Origin: Lama guanicoe
Lineage: Eukaryota
Direction of reading: 5' to 3'
Assembly: GCA_013239625.1 (NCBI GenBank)
Contig: MU054117.1
Location: 746,001 to 806,000 of the forward strand
Length of the DNA: 60,000 nucleotides
Part shown: positions 36,166 through 48,083 of the stretch, in pieces
Position numbering within the stretch: position 1 is the first letter of the stretch
Layout of the letters: the number at the start of each line of letters is the position of its first letter
The notes under the pieces: generated by a model
Seen by the model: only the letters and a program-made list of their open reading frames with translations
What the model was told of the DNA's origin: nothing
The model's database searches: none
Position numbers and translations under genes: made by a program

Positions 36166-39100
36166 TGGTTTTAACAAACTTTGATCTAAGCCCCATCCCC
36201 CGCCCCATCACAGACGACAAGACCGAGGCCACAGAGGAGAGGGGCCGTCCCACAGCCGCAGGCCGCCAGGCTGAGGGCCTGAGACGCTCTCGCAGGCCCA
36301 GGGAGGCAGGTGGCCAAGTCACTGGGAACTGCCCCAGACGTCCAGGCCTGGCTCTGTCCCTCCCTGGTGTCCCTGGGGGACGCGGACGGGCACACAACAC
36401 CATCCATCTTTCTGCTGTAATGGGGACAATGCCTTCCTCCCCCTGAGCGAGCAGCGCTCCCAGAGAGGCAGCCCTGTCATTTAAGACTTTATCTCCACAC
36501 AGATAATGAGCGCAGAAGCTCGGGCGCGGGCAACTTAATTGATATCATCAGGCTTGAATTCTAACTTGGTTTTGCGCCAGCTCCCAGCCCAGAACGAGCC
36601 TCCGTGACCCCCGCGTGGGCAAGTCCCCCTGCAGGGAGGGCTTTCCTTGGGCAGAAACGGGGCCGCGTCTTCCCTTGGTGCTGCAGAGTCTGCCAGTGAG
36701 GCTGTGGCTGGAAACAGCCTCTCCCCGGAGACGGACCCCCGCCCCGGGCGCCAGGTCGCAGCTGGATGGGTGGGGCGCAGAAGTGGATGCCCCGGCGCCT
36801 TGTGGGGACAGGAGGACGTGGTGGAAACGGCCCAATAGTTGCACGTGTTCTCCGGGAGCTAGGGGAGGGGAACACTGGGGTTCCCTCCCAACTACTTCCC
36901 GGCCCGCGGACCAGAGGAGGCGGACGGCTCCCAGAGGGGGCTCGGCAAAGGAGAAGCAGACAGAGGACGAGTTAGCGATGGCCCCATCCATCCATGTTCC
37001 CACCTCCTGGAAACTAGGTTTGAATCACAAGACCATGGTCCACGCAGGGCTGTTCCCTCCCTGCTCTGCCTGCCCGGTGCCTGTGAAGAGACGGGGGCTT
37101 CAACAGCCAAGTCCAAGGGTGACAGCAAGTGTGACAGCCTGTCCTGCACAAGGCAGGCGGCCACACAGACGCTCGGCAGAGCAGAGATGGCACGCGGTTC
37201 ACCTGACGGCTCCAACGGGAAAGCGGCACCTGGTGGGAGGGCTGAGCACGGGCTGGAACTGACCGGGGCACTGCTGGGTGGGGGTGTCGGGGACAAGGCC
37301 GGGAAAGCTCCACGGTGGGCCGAGCCCAGCCTCCCCTCTGGGCGGACTCCTCCAGTGACCGGGGAGAGCGGTCACCTTCAGGTTTGCCCTTCTCACCCGG
37401 AACCTGAGGGACGGCCAGACAACCTCCAGGCCCCGCACAACCTCGTACCCCTGGGAGGCCGGCAGAGGAAGAGCCGTTCTGGCCAAGACCCTCCCACCCC
37501 TTCCCCTCGGCCAGCGCCTCAGCCCTGACCCCTGCGCTGGGGCAGTTCTCAAGGTCAGGAGCCTTTGCCACTTACACGAAAACGTGGACGAGAAAACCGA
37601 AAAAGGGCCGGGAACAGCCCCCCGAGATTTCTCCAAAGGCTGCAGGCGCTAAACAGGCTTGGATGACTAGCCCAGGCCAGCCTCTCGGCACCGCCTCACG
37701 GGCAGACCGCACCGCACGGCAGCGCACGCGGAGAACGCACAGTAATCCACCAGTCAGGCCCCGGAGGATGGACAGTGCGTGCAGCCCTGGGCTCCACGCA
37801 CCCCTGCCAGGCCGCCCCGGCCTCGGACCCGCTTAGAGGGACACTGCCAAGAGAGGCCCTGGGTGTGGGTCTCGGTTAAAAAAGGCACTTTGCAAACCCC
37901 CAAAGCAAACAGGAGTATTCCCGCGACATTTTTATGTAAACAACCAACCGCATTTTCCTCGCTTGGCCTCCTGTGGTTTCCTACCACGCGAGAGGTCGTT
38001 GCTGAAAAATGCAGCCACGAGAAACTACCTTCGTGCAGTAAACACGGGGTTGACCAAGAAGATACACGGAACTGCCTGCGGGGGCCCGTGGGCTGGAGAA
38101 GAAACGGGCCCAGCAGACGAGACGCAATAGCCCACACGCAGCTTCCGGGGCTCTTGCGGCGGGGGCGGGGAGGGTGGGAGGGGTGCTGCCCAGGGGGGAG
38201 GGGTCTTCGCCACCGCCATCATTTACAAGCAGCAGGGCAGGACGGCAACAAAAGGCACTTGCTGGACTCTCCCCGGCCTGCGCCCAGTCCACTGGGCGCC
38301 CCACCCCGGGCCAGACCCCCGGGGCACCCGGAGCCCTCCACGCCAGCTGCGTTCTACTTTCCCGGCGTGTCTTCCCTCTCGAGTCCATCACAGACCCGCT
38401 GCTTCACGCGTTCCACGGACTCACGAACCCACTTGTGATGGAGACCTGTTATTCCTACCGTCATCACTGAGGCTGGAAGGAGCTCAAGTCCCAGCAGGGG
38501 CAGGTGATGGCCGCTGGCCGCGCAGAGGGTGCAGCTCAGCTCTGCTGAGGACGGCCCCGGCACACCCGCATCTCGGCTCGGGCTCCGACGCCTCGGCAGG
38601 TCCAGCGCCTCGGCCCCTGAGGTCGGGACCTCGTCTGGGGGCCTCAGGACGAGGAGCCCTCTCCCCGGCTCCCCGCCGCCCAGGAGGGACGTGAGGCTCT
38701 GCTCTGCCTGCGGGCCTGGCCCTGCAGGGCCGCGTGGAGAGGCAGGAGAAGGACACACTCGTTCTGCCTCCTCCCTCTGGCACAGGAGCCGTGAGAGCCC
38801 GGGTCGGCCGGGACGTGTGTGGACTCCCCCCTGCTCAGCTGTGACCTGGGGTAACAGCCCGTCTGGCGGCGGTTCCGTGAGGCCAGGACCACAGCCTGTG
38901 CTCAGGGCCCAGCAACGCTGGCCGTGTTTTTTTAGTGTTTCCTGGCTTCTCCCCACAACCAGGATGGCAGTGTGACCGATACTCGTGGCAAATGACAAAA
39001 ACCCCTAGCTCCGCTGAGCCGGGGCCTGCAGAGCGGGGGCAGCAGGTGCGGGGCCGGTCGCTCCCGGAGCCCATCCGGAGGCTGTGCGCAGGTCCGGCCG

Positions 39101-40819
39101 TGGCAGCGCGCACACCGGGGCCCAGGCTCGCACTTGAGCCCTGGAAGGCCTGGGCCTGGCTCCCGGAGCCCGGGGCGTGGTCACATCGTATCTCAGTGGC
39201 TCCGCTGAGAGTCCTCCCACGTCGGCAGCATGAAGTGCACTCACAGACGTGGGGGGCACGACCCTCCCCAGCTCGTGCTGGAGTTCAGTGCTGACTGGTT
39301 CCTCCTTTTGTTGGCTGGGCCTCAGCCCCCCCTTCTCCCCAGGCCCCTCCTCGAACATCACACCAGCTGGGGAGCTGCCCCTCCCCTAATTGCTACCCTG
39401 GGGCTGCCAAGACGCCAGCGCGGAGGCCGCGGCACAGACAGAGCGTGACAGCGGCAGCAGGTGGGCCCCGCGGAAGAGGCCGATCGCCGTCCCTGTGACT
39501 GCTGTCGCCCGGCTCCCCAGGCTGGGGGAGCCCACGCCTGTGCCGACGCCAGGGTGCCCCCTCCGCCCAGCCGGCGGGAGGCCGGGGTGCTCTGCAGGAC
39601 CGCGTGCCTGGGACACACTCTCCCGAAATCGCTTAGCCCAGCGCAGCAGAATGCAGTGAGCCCCGGCTCCTTGCCCCAGTGTTCGGGGCGGCCTAGCCCT
39701 GCAGGCGTCTCCCCCAGGTGGACGGCGGGACAGCCCCGGCTGGTTGGGGAAGTGCTCTCCACAGCTCCCAGAACACTCCTGGCTCCATTTGGCCTCTATC
39801 CAACCACCATTTCTGGTTGAGAAGCTAGCAGGTGTGGGGGATACACGGGTGGGTAGGCCCCCCCCATCCCTGCCCTGCTCACCTCCCCCTTCCCAAGCTC
39901 AGGCGCATCTTGTAAGGACTTGGCAGCAAGTCTGGGAAGGAGGGGGTCTGTCCTCATGCTGAGGCCAGAGTTCAGTGGCCTGACCAGAGCCGGGCTCCGG
40001 CCTGGGCTCCTGAGCAGTGAGATCTGGAAGGAGCTGATGTCTGCTGGCGACAAGGTGCCCCGCTCCCCGCAAGGCTGGGACTCCTGGGCACGCGGCCTTG
40101 GGCTCAGCTGCTCCGCGACCCTGCATCGACGCCCGTCCATGCTGGGCCCCTGCTCAGCGCGGGGCCGGCCTGGCCCACTGACCCCAGGCTTTCTCACCTC
40201 CTGCTGCTGGTTTGGTTCTTCTCCGACACTCTCTGGGTTGGAGTAACATTTCATAAACCTCCCAATCTGTGTGGCCGCAGCACCACCTCCTGTGCGGACG
40301 TGTGCTGGCCAGGCAGTTACTAGTGGGCTCTGCAGGCTGGGCACCGACCAGGCCCCGGCCCAGCTCAAGCCACTAACAAAGCACCCAGACAAGGACTCGG
40401 CTGAGTAACGGCAGTGACAACGGAGCAGCAGCAACCGCAAGCATCCGCCGGCGGTGCCACGCGCAGAGACACCGGGGCCTCGACAACCGCTGGTGACCAC
40501 TGATGCTGACCGTATGTCAGAAGCCGGAAATACCTCGAGAAGAAAACATCTGATCACCGAGGAAGAGCTTCCTGAGTCACGGAACGGCACCAGTGGACGT
40601 GGCCTTTGCACTCCCAGCCAAGCCCTCACCGTGCAGCGAGGAAGCTCAGCCTCACTCTGCTCGCGGGGGCCTTGCTGCAGGTCCCACCGGAGCTGGCGGC
40701 CGGCAGACCCAGGCCGGGCCCGCACCCCGGGGTCAGCCTGCCGTCACTGGCCCAGCCCCTCCATGGACCCAGCCCGCTCGGTGTATCTGCGGCCGGAGGG
40801 AAGGGCAGGTATGGCAGGC

Positions 40820-40945
40820 GAGCCTGGGACCCAGCCTTCCTCAGCTGGTGACCTTGGCGGAACCGCGTTTCCTCTCTCAGTTTCTCCATCTGAACAACAG
40901 GATGATAATCTTGTCTCCATTTTTGCACAGATGAAGCGTAGACGG
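40820..40945 (+). mobile_element. MIR fragment
   Basis: agctggtgaccttggcggaa...cctctctcagtttctccatctgaacaacaggatgataat. Confidence 0.75.
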
Positions 40946-43289
40946 TCACTGAAAGCCGTCGACTGTTGACACCGTCTGATTCCCAAACCACAGCGCCAGG
41001 CGCGAGGCTGTCCTGCCACAGACTCGACGTGGAACCGCCTGGTGCTCCGAGCCTGGCTTTGACCGGCAGCGTGGCTTGGAGACGGAAGGAGCGCCCTCAC
41101 CCGGCCTGCTGTCCCGGCCGCGTGGTTGGAGGCGGCGAGGCAGGTGTTGACGGGTGGTTTCTTTGCCACCTCGTGCCAGGTGCCACCCTGCAGCTGTGGC
41201 TACCACCCGCCCCCCATGCTCTCTGACTGCTCAGTCATGGGCCGGGGGCCCACGCTGGAGGGACAGAGGAGGGGAGGACAGATGGTGGGTGGGGACCTGC
41301 GCTGGGGGGCGGGAAGCACTGGGAAAGCCACTCGCCGCTGCATTCCCACCCTAACCCAGCCCCGAAGGGCAGCAAGGTGGGGCCGAGCGGCACCGTCGTG
41401 ACACCGTCCTCGGGGACCTGCTCAGAGCTGCCAGGCCCACTGGACAGGCCTAGAGGGATGGCCTGCCAATGGAGGGGCTGGGCTCAGAAGGGGGAAAATA
41501 GGAGTTGACCCTCCAAATACACCTTAATCTGATGAAAAATCAAAGTAGTAAGTTGATGCATTTTTTAAGTTAAAGAAAGTGTGTGCAATTATTTTTATTT
41601 TTACTTTATTTTGGTGATGTGGGGGAGAGGAGGGCAGCTGGGTGGGTGGCAGGGAGACGGACCATTTTTCAGGACTGTGTGTGCCTGTCTCTCCCAGTAA
41701 TTACCCTGTGATCGCATAAGCCACCACCCAGGATCTGCCTGTGGTGGAAGGTGACAGATCAACCTGATGTTGCTATAGGAACTGGAATTCTCCCAGCGCC
41801 ATGGCAACCGACCCCAGAGGGTGTCCAGCACACAGAGATGGGGAAGGGCAACCGGCAGTGGGGACTGGGTGGGGCAGGCAGTCCTTCCTAAACCAGCTGG
41901 CGACAAACGCGAGTAAACGAGGCTCCCCTTGGACTGAGCCGACCACAGAAGGTGGGCGTCTTCCTGCGAATTACCCAGAGACACTGGGGACACCGCCAAA
42001 CCTGGGGGCCACCTGGGTTTTCTACATCACACACCGTCTGCTGTGATCACAGCCAGGTGTTCCCGGAGGAAGGCCTCCTTCTGGGGCGACGGGAACCACC
42101 AGCCAACCAGCAAAGCAAAACCCAGACAAGCTCACTGTGGGCCGTTCTGGGGCCTGAGACCAACACTGCGCGTCCCTCACGAACTTCTGACAGTGACCCC
42201 TTCCCCAACGCCAAGTGACAGCAGCTGGAAACGGACAGAAGAAAACCACGGCCCCTGCTTCCCCAGACACTCAGGGACCCGCTCCGAGCTCTCGGGCCCA
42301 GTGATGGTGCGGTCCTGCCGGCAGGCCGCTCGGCAGCGTGACTCAGTTCTGCAAACTCAACACCGCAGCCCGCGCCGGAGGCGGGGGAGTCCGCGCCGGG
42401 CCTGGGTCTCCCTCCCACAGGCCACTCGCTCGTCGGCGCTGGCCTTCTCTGTGCCACGCCAGGCGCAGCAAGGCCTCCAGACCCGTGGTCGGGGACCCAG
42501 CAGGCCTCACGGCACATCCAGAACCAGCAGCGTCAGCAGCGCCTGCGGCTTGTCGGACAAGCAGGTCCTCAGGCCCCGCCCGGACCTTCCAAATAGGAGC
42601 CCCAGTGGCCTGACTTCCCTCACAAGCCTCCGGCTCAGCCCGGGCTTCAGGGGACCTGCGGTCGGTCACCGATGGAGCCGCAGACTCACAGCAGGACGGG
42701 CCTTCTGATGCCCCAGGGCTGAGTCTGGCCCCACCCCCGCGGTCGGTCACCCCTCAAGGGGCCGGCGGGCCCCCCTACTTCCCAGAGGCGCCTGTTGTTA
42801 GCACGGTCGACCGTCAGGCCCGCACCTCACGTGCTCTCAGCCGGTTCCACGCCGCCCGGGACCCGCTGCGCCGCCTGAGCCCCTCGGGAGGGGCCTGCCC
42901 TCGCTTCCCATGACAGCCACCCGCCCTGCACTTAAGGTGGGACGTCCGGGTTCCGCCACAGGTGCTTCTCTAACCGCCTCCGCGCAGGCGGCCAGGGTGA
43001 GATGAGGAGCCCCCTTGGCCCTGGCGGCGTGGGGGGAGGCCAAGACGGGCCCTGACCTCACCGGGCACGTCCCCCCGGACGGACGCCACAGATGCCAGCC
43101 CGGCGACCCAGGGCGGCTCCTGACAGCACGCAGCCCAGCCCGCGGGCGGCCGACGCTCTGTCTGTTCTGCAAAGCGCGGCAGTTGAGTCCTTCCCCTTCC
43201 AGGGCTGCCTCCTGAGCCTGAGCACAGACGCTGACGTTTTTAATAATAAATTTGTCTCATCAGTTTTGGTCCAGAACTTTTATTCAGAC

Positions 43290-46000
43290 TAGACTGAATT
43301 TATGTTCACGCCGTGTAGAAAACGCGATGTTATGCAGTTACGTTTTCCTGTTCAACTGTTATTACGCTGTCCATGTGTTTTATATCCCACCATTAACGTA
43401 AAACGAGCACTTTGACTCATGTGCTTTAAAAGCACAGTTTTTATTAGCGTGTCATGTGATTACGACGCCACTGGCTTAAACATTCCCCTTTGATGTTAGG
43501 TTGTTTTCTTCTTCTTTTTGCTGCCGCACAGAACGCTTCAGCGCACGTTACTGCACCCAAATGAAAACCTTCGCGCGGTTATTTTTTAGCCGAGAATCCG
43601 AGAAGGAGAGTATCGGTAGAAGTGTAAGGACGTTTCAGAAGCCCTTGAAACACACTGTTAAACTGTTTCCAGAAAGGCTATACATTTTCCTATTTCTAGC
43701 ACATGAGAGCTCACCTCACCAGAACCTCTGCTACGTTATTTTTTAAGTAAGTCTGTGTCAATATCGTACGAGGAAGAACACTGCCTTGCTCTGCCCTGCG
43801 TTTCTCTTTCACCAGCGAGGCCGGTTCTTCAAACACACGGATGGACCGCAGTGTAGTTCACGTTTGTGAATAAACTGGTTCGCGCCTTTGCCCAGTTTTC
43901 TCCCGGGGGCGGGAGTGTTTCTCTCGCTGATTTTTAAAGATCTCCCTTACGCAACAGACACACTGTTTTCTTGCGTTTTTTTTAAAAATAAACGCTTTCC
44001 CAGTTTGTGTTTGTCTTCTTCAGTTTTCTGTCATTTTCCCGCATGTAACAGTCTTACATTTTTATGAGTCAAATCTCTTACTCTTTCCCTTTGTCTTTTA
44101 TCCCGTTACTTTTATGTTTAAAAAGTCCTCTCGACGGTGAGAGCAGTCAGGCACTTTCCCCCCAGTTGTCATGGATGGTTGTGACTCTGCGTGTGACCCC
44201 GCTCCACCCGTAATTTGTCTGTCTAAACGCACGAGGGAGGTGCGCCGAGTTGGTCTTCTCCCCGGCGCGTAGCCCCTTGACCTCACCCGCCTTCCACTGA
44301 CTCTACCGCTTCCTTGGCCACATAGCAGGTTCTCAGGAGCCATATTTGCACCTGAGTAAGGCACACCCTACTTTCATCTCTTTGGAGAAACATTTTAAAG
44401 TTCTTTTCACCGACGTGAGTTACAGGGGAACTTAAGCTAATTTCGTGGACGGAAACAGGTCTTGTTTCCCGGCGCAGGGTGTCAGAGACGCGCGTCGGGG
44501 ACACAACCGGGTGAGGCGAGACCCCCTCCGCCGCTGAGCGGGCGTGCTGCTTGCAGGCCCCGGCTTCCGCCAGCGCGACTGCACACGAATCATCCTGGAC
44601 ACACTGCTTTTCAAACATTTCCTCCCGTACACCAGCAAGTAGCAGTCCCAGAATCTGTTTCCCAGATGTTTCGTTCCGTGCTCCGTCTGTGGGTTTCTCT
44701 GCCCACGGTTTTCTTTTAACTGCAGTGAGACGTCGTCTCGGCCAGGAGAGGAGCCTTGCCTCACTGGAGTTCTTCACACACTTCTCCTGGTAAATTCTGC
44801 CCGTTTATCCTTCCGGATAAACTCTATCATTATTTTCCAAGTACCCTCCTTCCCCCTCATCCCCGCAAACCCCCACCCCCAGGCTGTTGATAGAATTATT
44901 TAAAGTAATGAACTAACTTGGGAAGGTCTGGCGTCTTCATGGTCAGTCTTTCCTAGAGAAATGTGACATGTTTCCATTCATTCCAACTGTCCTTCCACGT
45001 CCTTGAGTTAAACTTGATTGTGTCGTATAGTCTCCTGTATTTAACTTTTGACACATAAGAAAGCAAGCCATTGATGTTAAAAAATATTTATGTCACATCC
45101 AGCCACTTTCCGGAGTAATCCTATTGGTCCTAACCGTTTTCAGTTCGATTTTCTAGGACCATAATCATGTTGTTTGCAAACACCGACAATTCGGTCTTCC
45201 TTTGCGTTTCCTGCCTTGGTGCAGCCGCTGACTCTTCCTGGTGAGAACCACACGCCCTTCCTTGCCCTTGACTTTAAACGCCCCAGGGCTTCACCACTGA
45301 ACGTTTGCTGCTGGCCTGAGACAGGGGCTCTTCATCGCCTTAGACATCATCCCATCGTCAGCGTGTGCTGAGCTCTATTTGAGGTGAACACTGGATTTTA
45401 TCACACGCTGCATTATTCCTCAGCTGATTTACTGATGTGACATATTACAGTAATAAGTTTCCCAATATCCAACAGTCATTGAGTTCACTGGCTAGATCCC
45501 ACCGAATTGAGTCCATGGTGTTCAACTGGTTTTCGTCTGAGTGTATTCGTCAGATGGTTGTAAATTTGTCTCTCTGTGTGTGAGACATCATTGTTAGGAC
45601 AATGTTACATTTGCTAAATAAATTTTAAAGTAAATTTTTAACTTTAATCTTTTTTTTGGCTTTCTGGAACAAATCACCCAAAGTTGAAATTCATATTTTC
45701 CCAGAAAGTTGCCATTGAGATTTTCAAATTCCTAAGTACTCATTCTCTCAACCTTGAAGTCTCCTTTGTATACGCCACGTTTCATTATTCATTTTATTTT
45801 CTCTTCTTTTACTTCCATCTGTTCCAGAGGTCACCTAGCTTTTTGTTTCAGAGCACTGGCTCCCTGACATATTTATCAAGTCTGCTCTGACACTGTCCCT
45901 AAGTTAATTAACATCAATTTTATGCCAGCTTTCCTGCCTCACTTTGCTTCTACTGCGTCCCTTGTGCAGAACATAACTGGGTTTTATGTTTTCCCTTAAA
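43290..46000 (-). mobile_element. Very old L1ME-type remnant (3' end and ORF2 pieces), in the same orientation as CACNA1C; boundaries approximate
   Basis: T-rich block containing aaactgtttccagaaaggctatacatttt, gcgtttctctttcaccagcgagg, cctttgcccagttttct, tcacatccagccacttt, cttccttgcccttgactttaa, typical of reverse-complement L1. Confidence 0.65.
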
Positions 46001-46482
46001 TCCGAGAGTCTTAGACTGTTCGTAAGAAGAGCATTTAACACACCCACAGACTTCACCACAGTCGATGTGTCTGGCCCTTACTTTTGCCTTTGTATGTTGT
46101 TTCTGGATATTTTGTGCATGTTTATTTTCTTATTTTTTGTTTCATAGACTTTATCTTAGCCTCTTGGTGTTCTGAAGGTAGAAAGCTTGATTTTTACCCT
46201 TTGTGCTTGTCACACACACATCCCACAGAACGTCTATAATTTAAGAACAAAACCCTCCTCACGGGCCCCTCGTCAAGACGAGTACACGTAACGTATTTAA
46301 ATACGTGTAACCCCTGCTTTCTCCTAGGACCCGCTGTCTCCTGGCCCTTACTCACTCAATCTTAGATTATAGCTGCAGTTTCTTATCATACAATTATTTC
46401 TCCAAATAAATAAAGATAAATTCTAATTTCTATTTTGTAACCACAGTTAACACAGTTATTTTCATTAACAGTATCAGTGGGG

Positions 46483-46690
46483 TTGATAAGAGCTATAGTT
46501 TATCGGGCATCTGCTCTGTGCCAGGAGCCACACCAAGCTCTTTCCCTCTACCTTCTGCTTGATCTTTACCGACAGCCCACTTGTTCAGCGCAGCTCAGAA
46601 ACGCTAAGTGAGGGCCGACCGCCCGGCCATCAGCAGGGCGCGGGGCTGGGACCCTCCGCGGGTCTCGGTCAGGGAGCGCGTGCTCGATTT
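46483..46690 (-). mobile_element. MIR remnant
   Basis: agctatagtttatcgggcatctgctctgtgccagg...gctcagaaacgctaagtg. Confidence 0.55.
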
Positions 46691-46789
46691 AAATGGTTTC
46701 ACGTTCACCGTTGGTCCGTTTTGCACCATCCCAGAGCCCTTGATTTCGATCATTTCAGGCACCTGAAACATTAAGGATTAATTGACTCG

Positions 46790-47470
46790 TCTCAGGAGGA
46801 AGACAGAACCGGTCTACTTTCTGAGGCCGTGTGTTTCTTCCCGTCTTTATGACGCCTTCCACCTGAACTACACCGTACTTAACATCCAGTTCCCCAGGGG
46901 CCGTCGGCCGGCACACGTGCCTCTCAGTCCGCCTGCCCCCGTGGTGACAAGCCCCCTTGTCCGCTGATGAAGGCCCCTTACTGCTCTGTAAAGTGCAGTG
47001 TCTTTGCCAAGGTAAATTGCACCCCCGGGTATTTGGAAATTCTGAGGAAGCAGCAAGCATGTTGGTCTCCAGCACATTGAGTAAGACGTCAGTGTGGATC
47101 TCGTAAATATTCTTTTTTCGATTCAAGGCAGCAGTCCTCTCTCCCAACGGTGCGTCTTCAGCAAATTTGATGTGAGCTTTTTGTAGTTTCAGTGTAGGCG
47201 TGGGGACCAGGCGTGAGCTCCCTGGCCCTAAACTGGAGACCTCTCTCCAGACTGACGTCCATCTATTTACCCACATTCTCTGACCAGAGCCAGACAGTCC
47301 GGTACAAACCTATTTCTATTCTTCCCCAAAGAAGTCGTGATAGATTGTCCTAAAGGCCTCGTTGAACCCAACACACTCTTAAGAATCCCTCTGAGCTAAG
47401 CTGAGCAACCCCACACAGAAAAGAAAACCCAGTTAACTCGACGTATCGGTCTCCTCCTAAAGCACGGACG
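46790..47470 (-). mobile_element. CR1/L3 LINE reverse-transcriptase remnant
   Basis: ORF 46755..47276(-) contains WREVSS, HIKFAEDAPLG, ETNML and SSADKG, collinear with CR1 RT motifs WREVSSGVPQG, LIKFADDTKLG, ETNRM and SSAEKD. Upstream ttcaacgaggcctttaggacaatctatcacgac resembles FSKAFDKVSHD. Confidence 0.8.
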
Positions 47471-48036
47471 TGCGTCTCCCCGGGACTCTGTTCGCAGAGT
47501 CCGCCCAGGAGAGGCACGAAGCTCACACCCGGAGAGCCTCTGGAGTCGCGAAAACAAAACGCCTGCCCTTCTGGTCCCCAGACCTGCTCCGTCACCTCAC
47601 TGAGATCATGTCAGAAGCTCTACGAAAACACCCACCTCTGCGGGCTGAGCTGGCCGGGTTGGACTCTGACCCCTTAAGACAGGCAGGTCCCGGGCAGGGG
47701 TCTGTCCGTCTCCCCCGTAACGGCCTTGCCGGTGCTCAGGCCCGAGGCCAGCCTCACCGCTGGGGGCCGAGCCCCTCTCCCCAAGGCCTGGTCCCCACAG
47801 GGCCCCCACAGGTCTCCGACTCTGCCCCTCTGCAGGGCCTGGTCTTGAACCAGCTCCCCTTTCACAGACTCGTGGAGCCACAAGACGGTCTCTTCTCGGC
47901 ACTTCCTGGGACACCCTCTCCAGACGTCGGTGGCCGTGTGGCGTGAGCAGGAGCCCGAGGCGACCGGCCACTCTGGGCCAGGACGTCCCCACCCCACCAG
48001 CTCCTCCTCTTTGCTCAGAGCTGGTCCAGCCCGGGC

Positions 48037-48083
48037 CCCTCCTTTCTGAGAGCTGGACCCCTCCTTTCTGAGAGCTGGACCCC
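48037..48083. repeat. 22-bp perfect tandem duplication (ccctcctttctgagagctggac) x2
   Basis: Read directly; a partial third unit (agagctggtcc) lies just upstream. Confidence 0.9.
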
